64,000 bases of DNA. Source: a bacterium (GTDB lineage: Bacteria > Hinthialibacterota > Hinthialibacteria > Hinthialibacterales > Hinthialibacteraceae). Made by a program: the position numbers and the translations under genes. This document shows, piece after piece, positions 10,966-19,544 of the stretch. Numbering within the stretch: position 1 is the first letter of the stretch; each line of letters opens with the position of its first letter. The stretch is from NCBI GenBank assembly GCA_963662285.2, contig CAXXMV010000006.1:32001-96000 (forward strand), written 5' to 3'. The notes below the pieces were generated by a model. That model saw only the letters and a program-made list of their open reading frames with translations, searched no databases and was not told the origin of the DNA.

Positions 10966-11072
10966 ATCATGTCAAATAAGAGCGGATGAAAGAGATAATT
11001 AATTACTTTTGACAAAATAATGAAAATAAATTGCCAGTAGTGAAAAAAAATGTGGAAAAATGCATAAAGTCC

Positions 11073-11102
11073 TTGACAGATGAAGGGTTATTTACGTATG
11101 AT
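11073..11102 (+). promoter_or_regulatory. sigma70-type promoter
   Basis: TTGACA-18 bp-TATGAT upstream of the 11175 start and its AGGAG RBS. Confidence 0.6.
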
Positions 11103-11174
11103 TGATTACAAAATAGATAAAAGTCGCCGCTGCGTTGTTGCGGAATGCGTGATATTTGAAAGGAGAGAGGTCTT

Positions 11175-11822
11175 ATGCTTAGGCAAGTCCCTCTATTATT
11201 ACTTATCGTTGGTTTATTAGTTTGTTTGGGCGCTTGGGCTGTACCTATGGCGAATGCACAAGAGACGCCTATAGAAACTCCGGTTGAAACTCCAACTCCA
11301 ACCCCAACGGTGTTGCCTATTGTACCAACACCGACCGAATCTCCTGTTAATGTTGCAACGCCAACGGAGACTCCTGTGGTTGTTCCAACACCAACTAATA
11401 TCCCAGTTGGTATTCCGACTCCAACTGAGACCCCAGTTGTTGTTCCGACTCCGACAGAGACTCCTGTTGTTGTTCCGACGCCAACCGAAACTCCTGTTGT
11501 TGTTCCGACGCCAACCGAGACTGCTGTTGTTGTTCCGACGCCGACTGAAACGGCTGTAGTTGAACCGACGCCAACGGAAACACCGGTGGATGTACCGACT
11601 CCAACTCCGACCGTAACGCCGACTCCATTACCAGTAGAAACTGGCGATATGGATGGAGATGGTGTAATCACAGAAGACGATGCTGTTTCGATTCTTGATC
11701 TCTTCCTTAGTGGAGAGGAACTGACGGAAGAGCAATTGCAAGCCGCTGACGTCAATGGCGATGGAGTTATAACTCCACAGGATGCGCAGGACTTACTCTT
11801 GCAAATTCTCGCTGGTGGATGA
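11175..11822 (+). CDS. Secreted Pro/Thr-repeat protein with C-terminal dockerin type I domain
   Basis: Signal peptide ending ANA-Q; about 11 ETPVVVPTPT-type units; GDMDGDGVITEDDA...AADVNGDGVITPQDA paired Ca-binding loops. Confidence 0.85.
   Translation: MLRQVPLLLLIVGLLVCLGAWAVPMANAQETPIETPVETPTPTPTVLPIVPTPTESPVNVATPTETPVVVPTPTNIPVGIPTPTETPVVVPTPTETPVVVPTPTETPVVVPTPTETAVVVPTPTETAVVEPTPTETPVDVPTPTPTVTPTPLPVETGDMDGDGVITEDDAVSILDLFLSGEELTEEQLQAADVNGDGVITPQDAQDLLLQILAGG
11262..11630 (+). repeat. Coding 30-bp tandem repeat (PTPTETPVVV)
   Basis: Repeated ccNacNccNacNgaRacNcctgttgttgtt units. Confidence 0.9.
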
Positions 11823-11849
11823 TGCAACTATAATTAAATGAATTCTTTT

Positions 11850-11888
11850 GCGGCCGGAAGCTAACGCTTCCGGCTGCTTTGTTTATTT
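11850..11888 (+). terminator. Intrinsic terminator
   Basis: GCGGCCGGAAGC-taac-GCTTCCGGCTGC followed by TTTGTTTATTT. Confidence 0.75.
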
Positions 11889-11923
11889 CGTATGACATTT
11901 GTATATAGAATTGGAGATTTTTC

Positions 11924-13307
11924 ATGAGCATCAAACAATACTCAACCGTTATCGACGATCATTTTCCAAAATACTTTTTCTCTGGTTTTACAGACAATCC
12001 AGATGTTACGGATATGTTGCGGGCTGTGAACGCTCAGGTTTGTTTGTATGAAAAAGTGACTTGGTCGCTTCCGGGAGATGATGGAGAGATGGTTGTAAAA
12101 GGTCTGCGCTATGGCGAGAATCCCGGACAGGAAGCCGCGCTTTACCGCCCTATCAACGGCCACATAAATCTGGCGGGCATCGAATTTCTGGGTGAGGGAT
12201 CAGGTTTGGTAGGCAATATGAATGAGGATTGCCTTATTCAGTTCGGTAAACATCCCAGCAAAACCAACCTGACCGATGTCGACAGCGGTTTGTCGATATT
12301 GAAATACTTCCATGAATTCCCCTGCGTCATCATTATGAAACATAATAATCCCAGCGGCGTGGCTATTGGCGAAAATCTGGCCGATGCATATATGAAAGCC
12401 TGGCAGGCGGATCCCATTGCGCCATTCGGCGGCGTGGTGGTGGTTAACCGTCCGGTAGATAAAGAGACCGCTGAAGCGGTGGCTGAGCAGTATTATGAAG
12501 TTATCTGCGCCCCCGATTATGAAGAAGGAGTGGTTGAAATATTAAAAGGCCGCAAAAACCTGCGTATTATCAGGCTGAAAGATATCTCCCGTTTGACTGA
12601 TTATATCGGACAACGTTACGTCGATTTGAAAGCGCTTTCCGATGGCTCCATCTTCCAGCAGTGGTCTTATGTACCCACAGCGGGTAAGGATCAGAACGTG
12701 ATTCGTTCTTTCAAGGATTTCGCCGACAGCGTTGAATTGCCGGTTGATCTTCCAGAACGCGCCATGATTGATGGCCGCATCAAAAAGACTGGCAAAACAG
12801 TTTCAATACAACGTAAACCAACCGACCAGGAACTAAAAGATATGTGGTTCGCCTGGATGGTGGAAACCGGAGTAACATCAAACTCCGTGTTGACTGCCAA
12901 GGACGGCGCCACGGTATCCATCGGCGTTGGCGGGCAGGATAGGGTTATGATGGCCAAACAGTGCGTCTCCAAGGCCTTTATCTCGCGTCAGGCGCTGCTT
13001 TCCATTCAGAAGCATGGTATGCAATTCGATGCTCTGGTTCTAGAAGCGCTCAACGGAGTATTTCCTCATAGCGCAGTGAAAGCGATTGAAAAGGAAGCCA
13101 TGCAGGGTAACGCTGGTTTGGAGGGGCGCCGTAGCCGCCTCAGACGCATTCTTCCCCTTCCGTGATGGAGTCGATGCATTGTTGGATCAGGGCATCACTG
13201 CTATCGTGCAGCCGGGCGGTTCATTGCGCGATTCAGATGCTGTGCAGGCCTGTAATGACGCTAACGCCACTATGGTATTCACCAGTATGCGCTGTTTCAA
13301 GCATTGA
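11924..13307 (+). CDS. purH: PurH-family AICAR transformylase lacking the N-terminal IMP cyclohydrolase/MGS domain; one apparent extra G at 13123-13126
   Basis: [30 protein letters not shown]; C-terminus [11 protein letters not shown]...[10 protein letters not shown]...RCFKH lies in the adjacent frame. Confidence 0.85.
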
Positions 13308-13338
13308 TATAGAAAACTGCGGTTCGATCGTTATAGAA

Positions 13339-13496
13339 TAAGGTTGTAGTAAACAACCCCCTCTTGAATTCTCCCCCCAAACTTGGGGAGAGGGGCTTTG
13401 GGGACATAACCAGTTATATTCCTTGAATTTAGATATACAAAACACAGTAGGCATACATTCCTCTCCCAAGATTGGGAGAGGTTAGGAGAGGGTTGA
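13339..13496 (+). repeat. Intergenic repeat family A, copy 1
   Basis: Aligns by eye with 42671-42827; CTCCCCC..GGGGAGAGGGG and CCTCTCCCAAGATTGGGAGAGGTTAGGAGAGGGTTGA arms. Confidence 0.85.
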
Positions 13497-13508
13497 TAGC
13501 GACCACCC

Positions 13509-13541
13509 AATCATAAATCCTGATCATCCAGATTCAGACAA
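13509..13541. repeat. Repeat family D half copy
   Basis: AAATCCTGATCATCCAGATTCAGACA resembles the right arm of 16304-16434. Confidence 0.6.
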
Positions 13542-13580
13542 AAAAAAAGCCAAGGGAATAAACATAATCCCTTGGCTTTT
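13541..13580. terminator. Bidirectional intrinsic terminator
   Basis: A8-GCCAAGGGA-loop-TCCCTTGGC-TTTT between convergent genes. Confidence 0.75.
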
Positions 13581-13603
13581 ATAGGTTTGTAGATATAACT
13601 AAA

Positions 13604-14644
13604 TCAGTGAATCATCCACTCTGCAACGCCGGTTCCTGCGGCAAATATCATCTTGCCGCGTGGAGCGTTATGGAATCCGCCTGGACCCATTTCGTTCCAG
13701 GAAATATATGACAGTCCTTTTTGTTCATGGACGGCGCCGTCAACATATCCACAGACGTTAAATAGCCATACATCACCGGGTTCTACCCAGACGCCATTCT
13801 CATCAGGAATCATAATCAGGTTTTCTAGCAGAATATCTACATCTTCAATAACTGTTACATCTGGCAATGCAGGAAAACTGAATTGTGAAAACGGGAAAGC
13901 AACTTCCATAACGGGAATGCCGAAAATCCCTTCTCCTGCTACAGCGCCTTCTACCAGGTGAGGAAGAGCTGCGAGCTTAAAAGGTTTAACATCAGCTGTA
14001 TCGGCTTCTGATGCATCGTAAATCGGATTCCACCCGCCGATATTTGCGGCGCCCAGGGTCCCTGTATGGAAGAATGGAGGACCTTCAGCTGTAGTTCTAG
14101 AGCCAAAATTGGAGTCAGCGTATATCTGACCATTTTCCTCATCGATTAACAAGGGGAAATAGCACATCTGATAAGCTGGGGGATTTTGTCCGGCTTCGTT
14201 GGGATAACCAGTCATTTCGTCGTCCCAATTGGGAGATATAAAGCACTCGAAATCCAGATTTGATCCAGCGCCCCAGCCAGCGTAACCTGTGTCATCGGCT
14301 TCAAGTAGAGCAACCATATCACCGCTGTAAACCCAACCATTCATATTGATGTACTGTAGTTCAGCGGTAATCAGTACATACAGATAATCATCATCCCACA
14401 GGGCGCGCCATTGCCATTTTTCATCGACAACTTTTCCCGCCCACTCTGGGGCGTTATCGCCGTGTTCTAATCCGTAAAACTCGCCAGTAAATACCGATCC
14501 AGCCCATTCTGCTTCGGTGAATTCACCGTCAATAACCGGGGCTGTTCCCGTTACCTTGTTAACTGTATATTCCCGTACTTCCTGAGACATAGCGCAAGGC
14601 GCCAGCAGCAATGCAAATAATATAAGTACCATAAGATTCTTCAT
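13604..14644 (-). CDS. Secreted CBM9/DOMON-like protein with C-terminal W-x-[LI]-[YH] tail
   Basis: Signal peptide; APVIDGEFTEAEW, RALWDDDYLYV; ends TGVAEWMIH. Confidence 0.7.
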   Translation of the reverse strand: MKNLMVLILFALLLAPCAMSQEVREYTVNKVTGTAPVIDGEFTEAEWAGSVFTGEFYGLEHGDNAPEWAGKVVDEKWQWRALWDDDYLYVLITAELQYINMNGWVYSGDMVALLEADDTGYAGWGAGSNLDFECFISPNWDDEMTGYPNEAGQNPPAYQMCYFPLLIDEENGQIYADSNFGSRTTAEGPPFFHTGTLGAANIGGWNPIYDASEADTADVKPFKLAALPHLVEGAVAGEGIFGIPVMEVAFPFSQFSFPALPDVTVIEDVDILLENLIMIPDENGVWVEPGDVWLFNVCGYVDGAVHEQKGLSYISWNEMGPGGFHNAPRGKMIFAAGTGVAEWMIH

Positions 14645-14798
14645 AACAAATACCCTTTCTTATATAAGTATTAATATTCATATATACATGAATATTAATT
14701 TACTATATACGATCAATCGAAAGAATATAATGTTGGATCAAGGTTTTTCACTTATTTTTTTGCTTTTTCCTACTGGGATAATATGTAGGAAAACCGGT

Positions 14799-16250
14799 TT
14801 ATTCTGTTGATGGTATTGAATCAGATTTCTTGCCGCCTCCAAATATAACAGCGGCTGTCAGGCCGAGGACGCAGATGGTGAAGATGATCCCATTGGGCGT
14901 ACGGCTGGTCCATGTGGCCCAGGGCCAGGGGAAACGGAAGAAGGCGTAATTTAACAGGAAATAAGTCCAGGCGCTGAGCAGTAATCCGAAGCGGGTAAGG
15001 TTATATCCAGTCTGTTTTGTCATCGCTTTACGTCCAAACCAGATGGCTGCGGCGGTTGATATTAGAAGCGGAACGATCAAGTAGACCAGCCATCCCGCAA
15101 CTGGAGCAATCGCCGCCTCTTGATAAACCAGTTGTTTGATAGTTTTGCCGCAGATTGGTATGAGGGTAATCGGAAATATCATTAAAAATGGCCACCACCT
15201 GGCGCCGGCGATAGCCACAACGGGTATTATCCCCATGATCAGGCCGATATCGTATACGCGGTCAACAATTCGGTAGGACATGAATTCAACCGCAATTAGT
15301 AAACATAGATGAATGACCAGTAAAATTGCTTCTATAGGAAGCGGCATACTTACAGGATCGGAGATGGCTGATATCTGGATTCTCTTACGGTTGAGCCACA
15401 GACCGAGTCCTAATGCAGCGCCCATAACAGCCCCGAAGGTGGTCTCCATCATATTCCACCAGTTGATTACATGTTGCAGTTGCAGGCCGAAGCCTTCGAG
15501 GAATAATTCAGGATTCCAGGCGTGGAAGGCCTGGATGCATTGTCCCAAGGGAAACCCGATAGCTCCGCCCAGAAAACCCCATAGCGCCAGGCGGTTAGCT
15601 AGAATATCTTTACGCAGCAATATCACATAAGCCATAAGCGCCATAAACGCTAACAACAGCCCACCCCAGCATTCGTGGCGTGGTTTTAATACACTTAAAA
15701 CCGCGTCTGGTTGCCAATACCAGGAGGATGAGAAATAAATGGCCGGAAGCATTTTATTTTCGGGATCAAAAGGCGAGTTCAGCAGATATAAGCCGAGAAA
15801 ATACATACCCACTATGGCGCACATAACCAGCAGCAACTCGCGGCAGCGGTAACGGATTCCACCCAATCCAATACCAAGGAACAGCCCGGCGAATCCGATC
15901 CAAAGGCCTCCTTTTATGGAGAGGCCAAGCAATCCCCAGCGTAATGCTTCCCAATTGTTGACTAGATCGGCATTGTGGGTTAATCCAACGGTTTGGCCAT
16001 AGGTCATGGAGCCGCCGAAACCCATAGCCACCGTTCCCCATGCCACCGCACGGGCTGCATTGAGCAGGGATGCTTTGGGGCATAATAGAAAAACCAGCGT
16101 GAGGCTGACGAGTAAACCTGCGATCATAGCGCCGGTTTCGTGTCCATATTGCCCGCGTATACCCCAGGCCATTCCGCCAGCCATCGCGGCGAAAAGTACG
16201 GGTTGCCAGAAACTAATATCTCTTATGGATGCATCGGATTGATTATTCAT
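14799..16250 (-). CDS. Hypothetical multi-pass membrane protein
   Basis: 483-aa ORF with more than 10 hydrophobic segments; AWGIRGQYGHETGAM, GGSMTYGQT, NWWNMME. Confidence 0.75.
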   Translation of the reverse strand: MNNQSDASIRDISFWQPVLFAAMAGGMAWGIRGQYGHETGAMIAGLLVSLTLVFLLCPKASLLNAARAVAWGTVAMGFGGSMTYGQTVGLTHNADLVNNWEALRWGLLGLSIKGGLWIGFAGLFLGIGLGGIRYRCRELLLVMCAIVGMYFLGLYLLNSPFDPENKMLPAIYFSSSWYWQPDAVLSVLKPRHECWGGLLLAFMALMAYVILLRKDILANRLALWGFLGGAIGFPLGQCIQAFHAWNPELFLEGFGLQLQHVINWWNMMETTFGAVMGAALGLGLWLNRKRIQISAISDPVSMPLPIEAILLVIHLCLLIAVEFMSYRIVDRVYDIGLIMGIIPVVAIAGARWWPFLMIFPITLIPICGKTIKQLVYQEAAIAPVAGWLVYLIVPLLISTAAAIWFGRKAMTKQTGYNLTRFGLLLSAWTYFLLNYAFFRFPWPWATWTSRTPNGIIFTICVLGLTAAVIFGGGKKSDSIPSTE

Positions 16251-16303
16251 TGGTTCTCATTCTCATTGGGATTTGATCAATCTTAAGAAATTGATAATTT
16301 ATT

Positions 16304-16434
16304 TGTCTGAATCAGGATATTCAGGATGGAAGGATACTCAGGATGATGAGACACTTTGGATGATGAGATACTTTGGATGATGCTAAGGTTTTTATCCTGC
16401 TCATCCTTTAATCCGGTAAATCCTGATTCAGACA
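16304..16434. repeat. Repeat family D: long hairpin of short AGGAT/ATCCT units
   Basis: TGTCTGAATCAGGAT...ATCCTGATTCAGACA terminal inverted repeat; internal 17-bp direct repeat GGATGATGAGAYACTTT. Confidence 0.8.
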
Positions 16435-16663
16435 TTTTTTTATGCGTCAATCAAAAGTACTCCCCTTCGGTATGAACCTGATTTTATATTCTAATTCTTT
16501 CATGATCGGTCATGGCGTGTCAAGCGCACTTTGCTTATCTACTTGAACTGAATAATCTTGAATGAATAAGCTTGTTGAGCATCAACCTTGAGTATTTTGT
16601 TTATCTATGGGAAATTACTAGAGATATATATTTTGAATTTATTATTAATTAACAGGTGTTGCT

Positions 16664-17398
16664 ATGGTTTTGTCATCGTCAGAATTACTAGAATTAAAGC
16701 GGTGGAATACGCCAACCATCTATAACGGTTGGGAGCAGATCACCAAATCCGATGCGGCGAAAGACGGTTTTAATCTGGAAGGAACCACAGATTTCATGCC
16801 TTACATGGGATCAATGGCGGGATATGCGGTGACCGTTACCATCCAGCCAAGCCTGGCGGTTGAACCGGATATCTGCGCTCAGCAATGGAAGCAATACCGC
16901 GAGTATATCGCATCGATTAAAGGCCCCAAAATTGTGGTAGTTCAGGATATGGATAATCCCGATTTTGTGGGGGCTTTTTGGGGAGAAGTAAACAGCAGCG
17001 CCCATAAAGCGTTGGGTTGCGTCGGCACGATTACTGACGGGTGCATCCGTGATTATGATGAAATGAAATCCGTCGGTTTCAAGGCTCTAGCCCGTCGCAT
17101 GTGCGTAGGTCACGCGCATTCGATGCCGTTGGAGTGGAATAAAGAGGTCGAAGTCTTTGGCCGGAAAGTGCAACCGGATCAACTCATTCATGCGGACCAG
17201 CATGGTTTTCTGGTTATTCCCCAGGAAGATGAAACAGGCCTATTGGATGCGGCGCGGTTTATGGATACCAATGAGTGTGAAACAGTCCTAGCCGCTGTAC
17301 AGAATGCTTCCGAAGATGATGCAAAAACCATTCTTAACAAACTTGAACAGGCGGGTAAGCAGTTTCAAGTCAATGCAAAGAATAAATTTAGCGGATAG
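16664..17398 (+). CDS. RraA/HMG-aldolase-like family protein
   Basis: GYAVT, AFWGEV, GTITDGCIRD, IHADQHG. Confidence 0.8.
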   Translation: MVLSSSELLELKRWNTPTIYNGWEQITKSDAAKDGFNLEGTTDFMPYMGSMAGYAVTVTIQPSLAVEPDICAQQWKQYREYIASIKGPKIVVVQDMDNPDFVGAFWGEVNSSAHKALGCVGTITDGCIRDYDEMKSVGFKALARRMCVGHAHSMPLEWNKEVEVFGRKVQPDQLIHADQHGFLVIPQEDETGLLDAARFMDTNECETVLAAVQNASEDDAKTILNKLEQAGKQFQVNAKNKFSG

Positions 17399-17437
17399 TG
17401 GGCAGCGAGTGGCGAGTGGCAAGTGGCGGGTGGCAAG
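17397..17437. repeat. Heptamer tandem repeat GGCRAGT
   Basis: agcgagt ggcgagt ggcaagt ggcgggt ggcaagg. Confidence 0.7.
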
Positions 17438-17626
17438 GGCAGTGTATTTTCTGCCCTTGATTAAGTTCACCTCATTTATTTCCATAGTTCTTAACAACAA
17501 TCCACTTTTAAGACAGAATCAAATCCAATGTATTGCGCCTAAAATTGGATTACAAAGAACCAAAGGTTTATTAAGTATTTCTAAGGTTGTCAGTCAAGGG
17601 CAGAAAGGACGCTGCCCTTGGCACCC
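17428..17626. mobile_element. Repeat family B copy 1 (MITE/REPIN-like)
   Basis: 33-bp terminal inverted repeats, each itself a CAAGGGCAG..CTGCCCTTG hairpin; homologous to 45357-45514. Confidence 0.75.
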
Positions 17627-17740
17627 TTATTGATCTATTCATATCAATGAATTAAGACAAGACTTTTGGGTAAGGATCAGCCCTCTTGGAGAGGCTAAGG
17701 TGAGGGCGTAATTACAAAAAAACACATACAAAGGAACATT

Positions 17741-19411
17741 ATGAATATTTCGATATCCCGGCGTGAATTATTGTTATCAGCAGTGGCGGCGCCTGCTTTG
17801 GGGCGCGTGGGACATGCGCAAACATCGTCATCAGTTGTTGAACGTCATGATCAGAATCTTGAGAAAACACTACGGCGTCAGAATACCGATTCCGAAAGCC
17901 GCTGGTGCGGGGGAGTTCCTGACTCTTGGGAACTGTATCACTGTGGCTCTGCAGGAGGATTGCTGCATGCCGGAGCTGCATCCTATTTTCATCCGGAATC
18001 CAAGTTATATAAAAACCCACGCTTGTTTGAACGTATGAAACTGGCGGCGGGTTTTCTGGAACGGATGCAGACTGACCAGGGAAATATCGATCTGCTAACC
18101 ACTAATTTCAACTCGCCGCCGGATACCGGTTTTGTGGTTCATCGCGTAGCCAGCGCCGCCAAACTGGCGGCCATGAATAACGATAATAGCGTCTTGAAAT
18201 TGATGGAAACTTTCCTGCGCCGCGCCGGTTCTGGATTAGCCCAGGGGGGCATTCATACTCCAAACCACCGTTGGGTGGTTAGCGCGGCTCTGGCGCAAAT
18301 CAATGATGTCTTTCCTGATAAATGCTATGTACAACGCATCGATCAATGGCTTGCTGAAGGAATTGATATTGATGAAGAAGGCATGTTCATCGAACGCAGC
18401 ACGACGGTTTACAACACGGTATGCGACTATTCGTTTGTGGTGCTGGCCCATAAATTGAACCGCCCGGCATTACTGGAACCGGTGCGGAAGAACCTGGACG
18501 CCATGCTCTACCTGGTTCACCCTAATTTTGAGGTGGTGACCGAGATATCACGCCGCCAGGATTTGAATACACGGGCCGGGATGGATGGGTATTGGTTCCC
18601 GCTACGCTATATGGCGATTCATGATGATAATGAACAATACGCCGCTATTTTGAAATCATTGGAGCCGGATAGAATCAATTTAGGATTCATGATGGAATAT
18701 CCCGAACTGCAAAAAACACTGCCGAATCCAAGTCCAATTCCTGATAAATATAAAAAAGAATATCCACTCTCCGAAATCACCCGGATTCGCAACGGTAAAA
18801 CCAGCGCAACCATTATGCATCTCAACAACAACCGTTGGATGGCCGTGCGTCATGGCGACGCCGTCATCAACGCTATCCGTTTCGCTTCGGCCTTTTTCGG
18901 TAAAGGACAGTTCACCCCCGAACAGTTTGAAATGAAGCAGGGCGTTTATCATTTTAAGCAGGAATTAAGAGGCCCCTATTATCAACCTCTATCAGATCAA
19001 AATCTATTGCCGATTGACCGCGACAAATGGGGCAAATCGCGTTCGTATAGAGATCAAAGCGAAATTTGCGAAATGGTTTATGATTGTTATATTAAAGAGA
19101 CGGCAGGCGGTTTTGAGATTGATATCAGTGCGACTGGAACGAACAATGTTCCATTGGCGATAGAAATCAACCTGCGCGATGGAGGCGTTCTGGAGAAGGT
19201 TGATCCGGCGCCCAATGTCAATGACGCCTATCTGCTCAAAGATGGTTTCGCCAAATTTAGCATGGGGAACGACTGCATCAGTTTCGGCCCCGGTTGCTAT
19301 GAACATGCATATACTCAGATTCGAGGAGCGGAAGCCAAACTGTCAGGATCAAGCGTATACCTGACTGGTTTTACGCCATTCAAGCATACTTTGAATATAA
19401 GAATTGGTTGA
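17741..19411 (+). CDS. Tat-exported hypothetical protein (possible lyase-type alpha-toroid plus beta-sandwich)
   Basis: SRRELL twin-arginine leader; NFNSPPDTGF, GGIHTPNHRWV, ERSTTVYN; fold is a guess. Confidence 0.65.
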   Translation: MNISISRRELLLSAVAAPALGRVGHAQTSSSVVERHDQNLEKTLRRQNTDSESRWCGGVPDSWELYHCGSAGGLLHAGAASYFHPESKLYKNPRLFERMKLAAGFLERMQTDQGNIDLLTTNFNSPPDTGFVVHRVASAAKLAAMNNDNSVLKLMETFLRRAGSGLAQGGIHTPNHRWVVSAALAQINDVFPDKCYVQRIDQWLAEGIDIDEEGMFIERSTTVYNTVCDYSFVVLAHKLNRPALLEPVRKNLDAMLYLVHPNFEVVTEISRRQDLNTRAGMDGYWFPLRYMAIHDDNEQYAAILKSLEPDRINLGFMMEYPELQKTLPNPSPIPDKYKKEYPLSEITRIRNGKTSATIMHLNNNRWMAVRHGDAVINAIRFASAFFGKGQFTPEQFEMKQGVYHFKQELRGPYYQPLSDQNLLPIDRDKWGKSRSYRDQSEICEMVYDCYIKETAGGFEIDISATGTNNVPLAIEINLRDGGVLEKVDPAPNVNDAYLLKDGFAKFSMGNDCISFGPGCYEHAYTQIRGAEAKLSGSSVYLTGFTPFKHTLNIRIG

Positions 19412-19544
19412 TAGCGCATAATCCAGGGGGCTGTGATCTGTTAAAAAGTAAGTCGGATTATCAATAAAATACTCTTGCGAAGCGTTGCAGTAAGTAGCCT
19501 TGATATTTACATTAGAACTACTAAATCATTAATGGGAGAGTGAT

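Noticed and set aside
11262-11630. Possible CRISPR array
   Set aside because: Coding 30-bp tandem units with synonymous variation, no unique spacers and no cas genes.
11003-11827. 274-aa minus-strand ORF rich in GVGT repeats
   Set aside because: Antisense shadow of the PT-repeat gene, which has the promoter, RBS, signal peptide and dockerin.
13100-13165. Programmed frameshift in purH
   Set aside because: No slippery heptamer or stimulatory structure; nearby MFS indels point to sequence error.
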